NCBI GenBank assembly: GCA_965249485.1
Contig: OZ252239.1
Coordinates: 1,248,001-1,312,000 of the forward strand
DNA length: 64,000 bases
Reading direction: 5' to 3'
Origin: a bacterium
GTDB taxonomy: Bacteria; SM23-31
Numbering within the stretch: the first letter of the stretch is position 1; each line of letters begins with the position of its first letter. Positions 49,613 through 60,497 of this stretch are shown here, in pieces. Made by a program: the position numbers and the translations under genes. The notes beneath the pieces were generated by a model. It was not told where the DNA came from. It searched no databases and saw nothing but the letters and a program-made list of their open reading frames with translations.

Positions 49613-50388
49613 TGAAATATATTGAGATCATATATGTCCGATTAGTAATATGTTCAGTATTAGTTTTTTATATCTTTATTTTATTTCCTTCGTATAGTAG
49701 AAGTCAAGATCTTGATCTCAATAATTACGATGCGGATACCTTTTCTAATTTAGCGCTTGTAACCGGGCAAGTGTTTGGGAGCGGTTTATACAGTACGGCG
49801 AATTCTCATTCTATTGGCGGATTTGATGCGGGTGTTAAGACACTGATTGGGTTTGTTCCTGATTCGAGACAAATTGGTCCGCTTAATAATACGAATACAT
49901 TTAATATTCCAGTATTTCATGCAAACACCGGGGTATTGGGTCCTTTTGAGGTTGGAATTCGATTATTTTCTTTCCGGTTTGGCGAAAAAAACAGAGAAGA
50001 CGTTTCACATTTTACAGGAATTTTAAAATATAACGTTTTTGAAGATGGTTTAACACCGGCAATATCACTCTATTCAGCTTATGGTAGAATGAGTGAGATA
50101 TCTGACTTTTCACTACAGACAATTTCAATAGGAGCAATCACCGGTAAATCATTTTTATTTATTGAATTATATGCAGGCATAAATGTGAACAATATTTCTA
50201 TGGATGTTGATCTGGAGCCTGACGGAATAAGGTACATCTCTCAGTTTTCACGTACCTATAGAAAAACAGTGACACATGGAACATTCGGTTTATCGGTTAC
50301 ACTAGCTCCATTTACCAATATGGTGATAGATTATAATGTAGGTGAAATTCAAACAGTTACACTTGGTATTTTTTTATCACTATTTTAA
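49612..50388 (+). CDS. Hypothetical outer-membrane beta-barrel-like protein
   Basis: Signal peptide, GLYSTANSHSIGGFDAG, amphipathic strands, C-terminal Phe. Confidence 0.6.
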   Translation: MKYIEIIYVRLVICSVLVFYIFILFPSYSRSQDLDLNNYDADTFSNLALVTGQVFGSGLYSTANSHSIGGFDAGVKTLIGFVPDSRQIGPLNNTNTFNIPVFHANTGVLGPFEVGIRLFSFRFGEKNREDVSHFTGILKYNVFEDGLTPAISLYSAYGRMSEISDFSLQTISIGAITGKSFLFIELYAGINVNNISMDVDLEPDGIRYISQFSRTYRKTVTHGTFGLSVTLAPFTNMVIDYNVGEIQTVTLGIFLSLF

Positions 50389-50461
50389 AAATAATCGCAG
50401 ATAAAGTGAACAGAAAGGTAGTAACAATTGTTTAATAGATACTGTTTGTTGTTAAGGTGAT

Positions 50462-51610
50462 ATGAAAAGGAAAATAATACTCCTCGGATCGACTGGTTCG
50501 ATCGGAAAAAGCACACTTGAAATACTTGATTATTACCGTGATGAAATTGAATTAGTTGGTATATCGGGGCATTCAAATAGTGATTTATTACTGGAGCAGT
50601 GTAAGAAATTTCATCCGGGATTCATTTGTATCAGCGATAAAAATTATCATTCTATTGAATTAGATGAATGCACAAAAAATGCGCGGGTATTGTCGGGCAG
50701 CGAAGGATTGAAAACATTGGTGCGTGAGGCAGAAGCTGACCTCGTTGTAAACAGCATTGTTGGTGCTGCCGGACTTATACCGACACTCGATGCTATTGCT
50801 ACGGGAAAACACGTTGCGCTTGCGAATAAGGAATCACTTGTTGTTGCCGGAAAACTTGTTATGTCTGAAGCCGCAAATCATGATGTCAATATCTATCCAA
50901 TAGACAGCGAACACAGTGCAATTTGGCAATGTTTGTTGGGAGAAAAACCGGAATCTGTTGCAAAGATTACACTGACTGCTTCAGGGGGGCCGTTTCTGAA
51001 CAGGGATCCCGGTACCTTTGATGCAATTTCAGTTGAAGAAGCACTGAACCATCCTAATTGGGTAATGGGGAATAAAATTACAATAGACTCTGCGACACTT
51101 GCCAATAAAGGATTTGAAGTAATTGAAACGCACTGGCTCTACGGCATTGAGAGTGACCGGATTGATGTCGTCATACATCCTCAGTCAATTGTCCATTCGT
51201 TTGTAGAGTTTATTGATGGATCGGTTAAAGCTCAATTAGGGGAACCGGATATGAAACTACCGATTCAATTTGCTCTTTTTTATCCTGACAGGCGTGCGCA
51301 TATCAATGGTGAACGGATCGATCTTTCACGCATGAATCTGACATTTGATCTTCCTGACCACACCAGATTTCCTTGCCTTTCATTAGCATATCATGCAATG
51401 GAAACCGGGGGAACCGCTCCGGCGGTTTTGAATGCAGCGAATGAAGTAGCTGTTCATTTATTTTTAGAGAGAAAAATAAAGTTTTCTTCAATATCTCACC
51501 TGATAGAAGATGCACTGCAACATCATACAGTAAACGACAACCCGGAGCTTGAAGATTATTTAGAAGCAGACAATTGGGCGCGTACAATAACGAAAGAGAA
51601 GGTCTCATAA
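50462..51610 (+). CDS. dxr: 1-deoxy-D-xylulose 5-phosphate reductoisomerase
   Basis: LGSTGSIG, ALANKESLV, PIDSEHSAI, LTASGGPF, HPNWVMGNKITIDSA, LNAANE. Confidence 0.98.
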   Translation: MKRKIILLGSTGSIGKSTLEILDYYRDEIELVGISGHSNSDLLLEQCKKFHPGFICISDKNYHSIELDECTKNARVLSGSEGLKTLVREAEADLVVNSIVGAAGLIPTLDAIATGKHVALANKESLVVAGKLVMSEAANHDVNIYPIDSEHSAIWQCLLGEKPESVAKITLTASGGPFLNRDPGTFDAISVEEALNHPNWVMGNKITIDSATLANKGFEVIETHWLYGIESDRIDVVIHPQSIVHSFVEFIDGSVKAQLGEPDMKLPIQFALFYPDRRAHINGERIDLSRMNLTFDLPDHTRFPCLSLAYHAMETGGTAPAVLNAANEVAVHLFLERKIKFSSISHLIEDALQHHTVNDNPELEDYLEADNWARTITKEKVS

Positions 51611-51611
51611 T

Positions 51612-52703
51612 ATGGATTCAAATATTTTCTCAATGATATTCTGGGTTATAATAGTACTGGGGGTGCTGGTATTTTTTCACGAATGGGGTCATTTTCTTGC
51701 AGCCAAGATATCTGGTATTCGTGTTGAAAAATTCTCTATAGGATTTCCGCCACGCATATTTGGTAAAAAAATTGGAGATACAGATTACTGCTTGCAACTG
51801 ATACCTTTGGGTGGCTATTGTAAAATGGCCGGAATGATCGATGAATCGCTCGATACGGGGGGAATAAAGGGTGAACCGTGGGAATTTATGTCGAAACCGA
51901 TTCCAATTAGGATGTTTGTCTTGTTTGCCGGTCCGCTCATGAATATTATTTTAGCGTTCGCACTATTTTCCATCTATGTTAATATTATCGGACTACGTGA
52001 CTATTCGGATGAAGCGGTCGTGGGAAATGTTACTGCCGGAACACCCGCCGAAGAAATCGGACTGCTACCTGGAGATAAGGTAGTGGCAATTGATGGTGAA
52101 TCGATTGAATCCTGGATGGAAATGACTGAAATCATACGGGCAAATCCACTTGAAACACTATCACTCATGATTGAACGAGACAACATAGTGATTGAAGAAC
52201 AGGTTGCAATTGCATTGTATGAAGCGCCTGAAGGGCAGGAACAGGCGGCCGATATTGGAATGCTGGGAATAGAACGGCTTTATTTTGATAGGGATGTGGG
52301 ATTTTTTAAGAGTATTGATCTCGGAATGCGTCAAACTGCGACACTTACACTGATGATTACAAATACTGTGAAATCTCTCCTCACAGGAAAAGAATCAATC
52401 AAGGCGCTTGGCGGTCCGCTCATGATTGCGAAAATGACAGACGATTTCAGAAGGACGGGTACAGCTGAGTTTATCTTCTTTGTTGCGTTTCTGAGTCTGA
52501 ATCTCGGATTTATGAATCTCCTGCCCGTACCGGTTCTCGATGGCGGTCATTTGGTGATTCTCACAGTAGAAGGATTGACCAGAAAGCAATTACCAGTCAA
52601 AGCTCGAATTGTTATTCAACAGATCGGGATGGCATTATTGCTCGTGTTAATAGCGGTAATTCTCTATAATGACATCATCAGGTTAACCTCTTCGACCGGT
52701 TAG
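51612..52703 (+). CDS. rseP: RIP metalloprotease with PDZ domain
   Basis: HEWGH, FSIGF, IPLGGYCKMAG, AGPLMN, NLLPVPVLDGGH; follows dxr. Confidence 0.96.
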   Translation: MDSNIFSMIFWVIIVLGVLVFFHEWGHFLAAKISGIRVEKFSIGFPPRIFGKKIGDTDYCLQLIPLGGYCKMAGMIDESLDTGGIKGEPWEFMSKPIPIRMFVLFAGPLMNIILAFALFSIYVNIIGLRDYSDEAVVGNVTAGTPAEEIGLLPGDKVVAIDGESIESWMEMTEIIRANPLETLSLMIERDNIVIEEQVAIALYEAPEGQEQAADIGMLGIERLYFDRDVGFFKSIDLGMRQTATLTLMITNTVKSLLTGKESIKALGGPLMIAKMTDDFRRTGTAEFIFFVAFLSLNLGFMNLLPVPVLDGGHLVILTVEGLTRKQLPVKARIVIQQIGMALLLVLIAVILYNDIIRLTSSTG

Positions 52704-52768
52704 TAGTGAAGAAATATTGAGATTTAAAGCTTAGAGATACATAGCACTGATTAAATATAGGGGTATTA

Positions 52769-53113
52769 ATGCATATCGATAATGTACACAATGTTAATAA
52801 GGACGCGCTTACGATCAACGGCTCTCAGGGAGCAAATATTCAATGGCTTCTGGCAAAAAATGAGGGAGTTGACCATTTCTATATGCGGTATGTTTCAATC
52901 GAACCGGGTGGTATTATTCCTCTTCATTCCCATGCATTAATTCATGAAATGTTTATCGTAAAAGGCAAAGGATTGGCACTGTCCGAAGGCAATGAAACGG
53001 TGCTAGAACCCGGTAGTTTCGTATATGTTGAGCCGAATGAAATACATGGACTAAAAAATATTGGAGAGGAATCATTTGATCTGATCTGTTGTATCAATAA
53101 ACCTGAAGATTAA
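52769..53113 (+). CDS. Cupin-domain protein
   Basis: PGGIIPLHSHALIHEMFIVKG...VEPNEIHGLKN. Confidence 0.88.
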   Translation: MHIDNVHNVNKDALTINGSQGANIQWLLAKNEGVDHFYMRYVSIEPGGIIPLHSHALIHEMFIVKGKGLALSEGNETVLEPGSFVYVEPNEIHGLKNIGEESFDLICCINKPED

Positions 53114-53386
53114 AATTGCAGAAACAATTCGTCTGAATCTAATGTGGCGGTGTATAAAGTTAGTAAAATCGAACATTTCCGGTTACATATGAATATAATT
53201 CCATACGGCTGACGTATATAGGTTTTAGGATATTTATCTTGATTACCTATATGAAATATAATACATTATTTCTGATAAAATTACTCTTAACAGAGAGATT
53301 CGATCGGACTATGTGTAATTGACGTTTCCCTCTGAGAGAACAGTTAAAATAAATATAGTAGCTACGCTTATAAGAAATATACAAAT

Positions 53387-55039
53387 ATGATAGTGAACCG
53401 ACTTAAAAATTACAGAGCCAGGACAGGTGTTGTTGGAATGGTGTCAAGAATATTGCTGACTATATTTTTTGTCTCTATATTCGCTGTGCAAGAGGTAAAT
53501 GGGCAAAGTGCTACGGGTAATGAATTTAACCGGAAAGCGTACGAACATTATCGGGATGGATTGCTCTATGATATTCAGGGTAATACCGATGAAGCCATTA
53601 AAGAAATGATACGGGCAGTCCAGTTAGATAGTTCAAATTCCGTAATACTGAAATCTCTTGGAGATCTATATATATTTAAAGCCAAGAACTATCAAATGGG
53701 AGCGGCAGTCTATGAGAAATATCTCGCAAAAAATCCCTTTCATGACCGGACAATTGATGTTCTTACTCAAATCTATCTGCTGAGCAGGCCGCCACGCTTA
53801 GAGCGTCTTGAAAATATTTTAAGCATGGTTATCAGCCGGGGCAATGATCTGCCCAAATTTTATGCTACACTCGTTGATGTATTACTCAAGCAGAAAAAAG
53901 TCGAATTTGCTCAGAATATGGCAGTGATGTTCATCAATCGGACGCGGCAGCTACAGGAATCATGCGAAGAGGTTGCTGAAATGTTTATTAACAACAGCAT
54001 GGTAGTAGAAGGAGTGGATTTTTTTAAAGACTATTTACACAATAATCCCGACTCGCCAAATATTGGAATCACTCTCGGATTTCTCTATCAGGCACTTAAT
54101 GATCAGGTTGCTGCAGAACGGGCGTATTTAACGGTTCTTCGAAATAATGAGTCGGCATTCAGAACACGCCTTCGTCTCTCCGAAATGTATGTAGAGGCGG
54201 AAAAAATAGATAATGCATTACAGCTCTATGATATTCTCGATTTCGATGATCCAATGGAAATCCCGGTAAAATTGTCCATCAGTGAGCGACTTCTTCAGCA
54301 GTCTCCTAATACCCCTTTTTCAAAAATTGAATCGATTATGAATACAGTGGTACATAAAGCAGGGAGTAACGCTCAAATCTACTACTATCTTGGACGTGCT
54401 CAATCTGGTTTGAGCCGAAATGATGATGCCGTAGTAAATTTCAGAAAATCATTGCGTGAGGACCCGTTGAACGAAATTGTGCTTTATTATCTGACGCAGG
54501 TTGAAATGGAACGGGAAAATTTTGGAGAGGCATCGACAGCGATAGCAAAAGCACTCAAATTGCGGCCGGATGAAAAGGCATTCTACGTTATTCAGGGACT
54601 TGTCTTTGACAGATTAGGAGAGTATAGCAGCGCAATAGCCGCCTATGAGGCAGGAATTGCAGTCAATTCATCAAATGAGAGTGCGCAGGCAACTTTGCTC
54701 AACAATTACAGCTATATATTGTCTCAACGTGATGGTGACCTTGATAAAGCGTTAGAAATGGCGAAGAGAGCCATTGCGGTTGAGCCGGATAATAGCAGTT
54801 TCCTTGATACAATAGGCTGGGTTTACTATAAGCTTGAAGATTATGAAAAGGCTCTCGATTATATTCAGAGATCTGTTGATAATAATCCGGAAAGCCCCGA
54901 AGTACTTGACCATTTAGGTGATATTTTTGAAAAGATGGGCGATTTGATAAAAGCTCAGGAATATTGGAATAAAGCACTTGAACTTGATTCGGAAAACTCC
55001 GAAATACGAGAAAAATTAAGCAACGCACGCAACCAGTAA
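53387..55039 (+). CDS. TPR-repeat exported protein
   Basis: LNNYSYIL, EPDNSSFLDTIGWVYYKL, EVLDHLGDI...WNKALELD. Confidence 0.88.
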   Translation: MIVNRLKNYRARTGVVGMVSRILLTIFFVSIFAVQEVNGQSATGNEFNRKAYEHYRDGLLYDIQGNTDEAIKEMIRAVQLDSSNSVILKSLGDLYIFKAKNYQMGAAVYEKYLAKNPFHDRTIDVLTQIYLLSRPPRLERLENILSMVISRGNDLPKFYATLVDVLLKQKKVEFAQNMAVMFINRTRQLQESCEEVAEMFINNSMVVEGVDFFKDYLHNNPDSPNIGITLGFLYQALNDQVAAERAYLTVLRNNESAFRTRLRLSEMYVEAEKIDNALQLYDILDFDDPMEIPVKLSISERLLQQSPNTPFSKIESIMNTVVHKAGSNAQIYYYLGRAQSGLSRNDDAVVNFRKSLREDPLNEIVLYYLTQVEMERENFGEASTAIAKALKLRPDEKAFYVIQGLVFDRLGEYSSAIAAYEAGIAVNSSNESAQATLLNNYSYILSQRDGDLDKALEMAKRAIAVEPDNSSFLDTIGWVYYKLEDYEKALDYIQRSVDNNPESPEVLDHLGDIFEKMGDLIKAQEYWNKALELDSENSEIREKLSNARNQ

Positions 55040-55136
55040 GCAGTCTTGTAAATATTTTCAAGGTTGAAGTATACTAATATTGAATTGATACTGCAGTTTA
55101 TCACATTGATTCCAAAGGCGTTGGTTATACAATAAG

Positions 55137-56075
55137 ATGCCAGGCTTATTAAAGAGAATTGTTTCTAGAATTTATCACAACTCAAAAAAGGGAATGGCTT
55201 GCTTTTCCCTTTTTTTATATTCTGATCCAAAAGTTTTCACCGGTGCTTCGCAATTTGGTTGGAAATGTTGTGTTTTTGTAATGCTTTCGACAATTATTTT
55301 CAGTTCATGTTCTTCACTCATGATGACAAGGATTCCAGCACAGACCTGGACCAATCCTCAAGAAATTATCACCGCCTACAACAATAGTATAGAAAAGTTA
55401 CAGACATTTAAGGGAAAAGGGATACTGCTCATTCAGACCACGGATACGAATGAGCAAGGTACGGCGCATGTTACGATCAAAATGCCCGATTCCCTCCACA
55501 TTCGCATAGAAGGACCGTTGGGTATTGATGTCGCATCATTATTTATGGATAAAAACACCTATCTTCTCTATTTGCATAGAGACGAAATTGTATACAATGG
55601 TAATGTGGAATCGCTTGATGCTCCCGGTCTGTTGCATGAATTAACAGGAGTACGTATTGCAGAAGCAACATTTAATCGTCGTGATTTTCTGGAAGAGCTT
55701 TTGAGTTTTTTTACTGGTACAAAGGTACTGAATGTTAACAGTCTTGAGCCAATATCATTTCTTGAAGACGGAAAAAATGAGGCGCTGTTTCAACATACCG
55801 ATACACAATTTCAAACTAAATTTGAATTCCCGGGAGACCGCGAGCTTTTGCAGCGGGTAAGCATCTCAGATCATGCATCTGAAATTAGAGTCGAAAAGAC
55901 ATTTAACCGATATATTAAGCAGCAGGGAGTTATTATTCCGCGGAGAATTCGTTTTACATTTTTTCGCGAAAGAGGTAGGATTGCTCTCCAATATAAGACT
56001 ATTCAAATCAATAAAAGAATAAAATCAAAAGAGTTTAATATCAATGTTCCGCCTGAATTGTTGAGCGGTTTATAG
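55137..56075 (+). CDS. DUF4292/LolB-like lipoprotein (true start probably downstream)
   Basis: FSSC lipobox, PDSLHIRIEGPLGIDVA; follows the TPR gene. Confidence 0.6.
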   Translation: MPGLLKRIVSRIYHNSKKGMACFSLFLYSDPKVFTGASQFGWKCCVFVMLSTIIFSSCSSLMMTRIPAQTWTNPQEIITAYNNSIEKLQTFKGKGILLIQTTDTNEQGTAHVTIKMPDSLHIRIEGPLGIDVASLFMDKNTYLLYLHRDEIVYNGNVESLDAPGLLHELTGVRIAEATFNRRDFLEELLSFFTGTKVLNVNSLEPISFLEDGKNEALFQHTDTQFQTKFEFPGDRELLQRVSISDHASEIRVEKTFNRYIKQQGVIIPRRIRFTFFRERGRIALQYKTIQINKRIKSKEFNINVPPELLSGL

Positions 56076-56121
56076 TTAATGGATAGTATACATTCCACAC
56101 ATTCAGTGTTGAGGTGATAAC

Positions 56122-57420
56122 GTGAATATTACTGTTGTAGGAACCGGGTATGTAGGATTAGTTGCAGGAACGTGTCTTGCCGATATGGGTAACGATGTGA
56201 TATGTGTTGATATTGACCAGAAAAAAATTGATGATTTGAAAAAGGGTATAATCCCTATTTATGAACCCGGACTAAAAGACATACTGGAAATAAATGTGAA
56301 GGAGAATAGACTCCATTTTACCTCGGATATGAAAGAGGGTTGTGAGAAGTCAGGAGTGATTTTTATTGCTGTTGGCACACCAACCGGTGAAAACCATGAA
56401 GCAGATGTCACGAATGTGATGGCGGTTGCCCGAACTATTGGGAAATTTTGTAATGGCGATAAAATTGTTGTCGATAAAAGTACGGTTCCTGTTGGTACAG
56501 CACGAAAAGTGAAAGAAATTATCAATGACACGATGACCGGAAATCACACCGTGGATGTGGTGTCAAATCCGGAATTTTTAAGAGAGGGTTCGGCAATAAA
56601 AGACTTTGTCAGCCCTGATCGTATTATTGTTGGAACGGATAGCGAGCGTGCCCAAAAAGTAATGGAAAAAATATACAGGGGAAATGTCCGAACCGGAAAA
56701 CCGCTCATGGTTACCGATATTGAAAGCGCAGAACTTATCAAATACGCCTCAAATGCATTTCTGGCAACAAAAATATCGTTTATTAATGAAATTGCCCGTC
56801 TCTGTGAAAAAGTTGGTGCAGACGTGAAAAAAGTTGCAGTCGGAATGGGTCTGGATGACAGGATCGGATCTCGGTTCCTGCAAGCAGGTGTCGGATATGG
56901 AGGGAGCTGTTTTCCTAAGGATGTAAAGGCGCTGATCCAGACGGGAAAAGAAGTGGGAGTTGAATTTTCGATACTTACTGCTGTTGAAAAAATAAATATG
57001 GAGCAGCGTTCTATTGTAGTTGAAAAACTAAAAAGTGTATATGCTGATCTAAGTAATAAACGTATTGCGCTGTGGGGATTGGCGTTTAAGCCAAGAACAG
57101 ATGACATTCGTGAAGCCCCTTCACTCGACATAATTACAAACCTGCTCAATAGTGGCACAGATGTAGTTGCATTTGATCCAGTTGCACAGAAAAATGCACA
57201 ACAAGAATTTCCCGATTTGCGTTTTGGGCATAATCCGTATTCTGTTCTTGAGGGATGCGATGCATTAATCATTGTGACAGAATGGAATGAGTTCAGAGAT
57301 CTCGATTTTGGAAAAGTTCGATCCTTGATGAATAAACCGGTAATCATTGACGGCAGGAATATTTACGATCGGGATGAAATTGAAAAACACGGCTTTACTT
57401 ATATCGGATTCGGCAGGTAA
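56122..57420 (+). CDS. ugd: UDP-glucose 6-dehydrogenase
   Basis: VGTGYVGLV, PIYEPGL, KSTVPVGT, SNPEFLREG, KYASNAFLA, GYGGSCFPKD, AFKPRTDDIRE. Confidence 0.96.
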   Translation: MNITVVGTGYVGLVAGTCLADMGNDVICVDIDQKKIDDLKKGIIPIYEPGLKDILEINVKENRLHFTSDMKEGCEKSGVIFIAVGTPTGENHEADVTNVMAVARTIGKFCNGDKIVVDKSTVPVGTARKVKEIINDTMTGNHTVDVVSNPEFLREGSAIKDFVSPDRIIVGTDSERAQKVMEKIYRGNVRTGKPLMVTDIESAELIKYASNAFLATKISFINEIARLCEKVGADVKKVAVGMGLDDRIGSRFLQAGVGYGGSCFPKDVKALIQTGKEVGVEFSILTAVEKINMEQRSIVVEKLKSVYADLSNKRIALWGLAFKPRTDDIREAPSLDIITNLLNSGTDVVAFDPVAQKNAQQEFPDLRFGHNPYSVLEGCDALIIVTEWNEFRDLDFGKVRSLMNKPVIIDGRNIYDRDEIEKHGFTYIGFGR

Positions 57421-57434
57421 AGAAAAAAATGCAA

Positions 57435-57463
57435 TTGACTTAATAGTTTGATATTGGTAAATT
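57435..57463 (+). promoter_or_regulatory. Putative sigma70 promoter of the glycan cluster
   Basis: TTGACT-17 bp-TAAATT. Confidence 0.5.
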
Positions 57464-57668
57464 GCAATGCTTTAGTTGTTGATTATAAATAAGTTACGTT
57501 ATAAAATAGAAGTTGATGTCAAGCTGTGTTGAAAATGTTTAAATTGAGAAATTGTTAAATTCATCAATGTTTTTTGCAATTTAAAAGTTTATATTTATTG
57601 TTGCATCAAAAAGAAAAGCAATACTATCGCAATCGTTTGAAAAAAGAATTGAGACACAACTACTTCTT

Positions 57669-58610
57669 ATGAGAATTCTTATTACTGGAGGAGCCGGTTT
57701 TCTTGGTTCACAACTAACCGATAAAATTATCCGGGAAGGACATGAAGTTGTCTGTTTTGACAATCTAAGCACCGGATCGACTGAAAATATTGCGCATCTG
57801 ATAGATAATAAAGCATTTCAGTTTGTCAAATATGATGTGACTGAGTATCTTTATTTAGAAGGTAAGATTGATGCAATACTCCACTTTGCGTCTCCGGCAA
57901 GTCCTGTTGATTATAGTGAGCTGCCTATCCAAACCCTGAAGGTTGGTGCTTTGGGAACGCATAAAACACTGGGTCTTTCTCTGGAAAAACAATCAAAATT
58001 TCTACTGGCATCTACATCTGAAGTGTATGGTGATCCTTTAGAAAATCCGCAGACGGAGGGATATTTCGGTAATGTAAATCCTATTGGTCCGCGGGGAGTT
58101 TATGATGAAGCAAAGCGATTTGGGGAAGCGTTGACTATGGCATACCACCGTGTTCACAATATCGATACCCGAATTGCGAGGATATTCAATACATTTGGTC
58201 CGCGTATGAGAACGCATGATGGGAGAGTTATTCCGGCATTTATAAATCAAGCTATACAAAACGAGCCGATTACTATTTTTGGATCGGGGAAGCAAACGCG
58301 AAGTTTTTGTTTTATTACTGATATGGTTAATGGGCTTTTTAATCTCATGCAATCTTCAATAAACGAACCTGTTAATCTCGGCAATCCATACGAAATGACA
58401 ATTTTAGAGCTGGCTGAATTAATTCGTGAATTGACATCGAGTAAAAGCGAACTAATATTCGAACCGCTGCCCGTTGAAGATCCGAAAGTTAGACAACCGG
58501 ATATTACCCGGGCAAAAAAAGTCCTTCAGTGGGAGCCGGAAGTGGCAATCAAAGACGGATTAATGGAGACAATAGATTTTTTTGACAGAAAGTTGTCACA
58601 TTCACAATGA
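57669..58610 (+). CDS. UDP-glucuronate decarboxylase (UDP-xylose synthase-like SDR)
   Basis: [54 protein letters not shown]. Confidence 0.93.
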   Translation: MRILITGGAGFLGSQLTDKIIREGHEVVCFDNLSTGSTENIAHLIDNKAFQFVKYDVTEYLYLEGKIDAILHFASPASPVDYSELPIQTLKVGALGTHKTLGLSLEKQSKFLLASTSEVYGDPLENPQTEGYFGNVNPIGPRGVYDEAKRFGEALTMAYHRVHNIDTRIARIFNTFGPRMRTHDGRVIPAFINQAIQNEPITIFGSGKQTRSFCFITDMVNGLFNLMQSSINEPVNLGNPYEMTILELAELIRELTSSKSELIFEPLPVEDPKVRQPDITRAKKVLQWEPEVAIKDGLMETIDFFDRKLSHSQ

Positions 58611-59545
58611 ATATCTTAGTCACAGGCGGTGCAGGATTTATAGGATCACACGTAGCAGAACGGTATTGTGCTATGGGGTATATTGTTCATATTGTCGATG
58701 ATCTTTCTACGGGATTGGAGCAGAATATTCCCGAAGACGCTCAGTTTCATAATTGCTCCTATGATGATCCGGAAGCTTTTTCAATCCTAAAGCAGCATAA
58801 TATAAAAGTACTGTGTCATCATGCTGCGCAAATTGATGTGAGGAAATCTGTTCAGAATCCTATTGACGATATTAAAAGAGACATTGCCGGTTCTGCAGAG
58901 CTGTTTCGAAAAGCTGTTGAATCAGGGGTTGAATATGTTATTTTTGCATCGAGTGGCGGAGCAATATATGGCGAACAGGAATACTATCCTGCTGATGAAA
59001 ATCATCCGATTAATCCGGATTCCACGTATGGGCTGCATAAATGGATGATCGAAAAATATCTTGATTACTATTCGCGGAAATCTGCCATGAAATATTGTCT
59101 TCTCAGGTATGCAAATGTTTATGGCCCACGGCAGAATCACTGCTCGGAGGCCGGAGTGGTTGCAATATTTGCTAATAAAATGCTGCGAAATGAACAGTGT
59201 GTAATTAATGGGACCGGAGAGCAGACGCGGGATTTTGTCTATGTTGATGACGTGGTTGCCGCAAATGTCCGGGTGTTACAGCAGCATTATCATGGTGTAC
59301 TGAATATTGGTACAGAAATTGAAACAACTATTAACGAAGTATTTGATTTACTAACAGCATTGTTGGACTGCGAGCAATTGAGGCAGCATGGACCAACGAA
59401 AGATGGTGAGCAATTCAGAAGTGTACTGTCAAGTCGGAAAGCCCGTAAAATCATTCATTGGTCACCAGAGGTTACTCTTCAATCAGGAATGCAAAAGACT
59501 GCAGAATATTTTACAAATGTCACAGATATGATTGGGACAAGCTAA
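58607..59545 (+). CDS. NAD-dependent epimerase (UDP-glucose 4-epimerase-like)
   Basis: [48 protein letters not shown]. Confidence 0.92.
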   Translation: MNILVTGGAGFIGSHVAERYCAMGYIVHIVDDLSTGLEQNIPEDAQFHNCSYDDPEAFSILKQHNIKVLCHHAAQIDVRKSVQNPIDDIKRDIAGSAELFRKAVESGVEYVIFASSGGAIYGEQEYYPADENHPINPDSTYGLHKWMIEKYLDYYSRKSAMKYCLLRYANVYGPRQNHCSEAGVVAIFANKMLRNEQCVINGTGEQTRDFVYVDDVVAANVRVLQQHYHGVLNIGTEIETTINEVFDLLTALLDCEQLRQHGPTKDGEQFRSVLSSRKARKIIHWSPEVTLQSGMQKTAEYFTNVTDMIGTS

Positions 59546-60497
59546 GAATATGACTAACGAAGAAAAACATGTTGAAATCTCAGTAGTAGTCCCTGTGTTC
59601 AATGAAAAAGATTCTCTGTATGAACTTACGAATCTTCTCAGAGAAGCACTTATTAGCTTTGGAAAAAGCTTCGAGATAATATTTATTGATGATGGTTCAA
59701 CCGATGATTCATTTAATGCTATGATGAGATTAAAGGAGTCACATCCGGAAATCAGAGTAATTAAATTTCAAATGAATTACGGAAAATCCTCAGCACTGTC
59801 AACTGGATTTGGTAGTGCGCGCGGAGATTATGTGGTCACGATCGACTCCGATTTACAGGATGATCCTAAAGAAATTCCGGTTCTGATTGAAAAGCTTTTG
59901 GAAGGATATGACCTGGTGTCAGGTTGGAAGAAGCACCGTAAAGACCCCGTTTCAAAACGGTTGCCGTCGAAAATATTTAATTTTGTGACTTCCGTGACAA
60001 CCGGTATACACCTTCATGATCACAACTGCGGATTAAAAGCATACCGCAGAGCTGTTGTTAAGAAAATTTCAATTTATGGCGAACTACACCGGTTCATACC
60101 GGCATTAGCGCACGCTTTTGGATTCCGTGTTACCGAAATGCCTGTACTGCATCACCAGCGGAAATATGGAAAGTCGAAATATGGATTATGGCGCTATTTT
60201 TCCGGGTTTTTTGACCTAATGACAGTTATGTTTTTAACGAGATTTACCACCAGACCGCTTCATCTTTTTGGAAGTATGGGACTTTTATTGTTTTTAGCAG
60301 GATTTATCATTAATATTTATTTAACAATTCTCAAATATTTTTATGGTGAGGGCATCGGAAATAGGCCGCTTCTCTTTCTCGGCATTCTTCTGATTCTTGT
60401 GGGATTTCAGGTGTTTTCGCTCGGTCTTCTTGCAGAAATGATAACAAAACTGAGAAGTAAAGAAGATTCAATTATTATAAAAGAATACTATGACTAA
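59532..60497 (+). CDS. GT2 glycosyltransferase (ArnC/DPM1-like, two C-terminal TMs)
   Basis: VVPVFNE, DDGSTD, IDSDLQDDP, HDHNCGLKAY, YGELHRFIP. Confidence 0.93.
   Translation: MGQAKNMTNEEKHVEISVVVPVFNEKDSLYELTNLLREALISFGKSFEIIFIDDGSTDDSFNAMMRLKESHPEIRVIKFQMNYGKSSALSTGFGSARGDYVVTIDSDLQDDPKEIPVLIEKLLEGYDLVSGWKKHRKDPVSKRLPSKIFNFVTSVTTGIHLHDHNCGLKAYRRAVVKKISIYGELHRFIPALAHAFGFRVTEMPVLHHQRKYGKSKYGLWRYFSGFFDLMTVMFLTRFTTRPLHLFGSMGLLLFLAGFIINIYLTILKYFYGEGIGNRPLLFLGILLILVGFQVFSLGLLAEMITKLRSKEDSIIIKEYYD

Noticed and set aside
48824..50388. AT-rich stretch as a possible horizontally acquired island
   Set aside because: Encodes a housekeeping-type ligase with no mobility genes or boundary repeats; composition was judged only by eye
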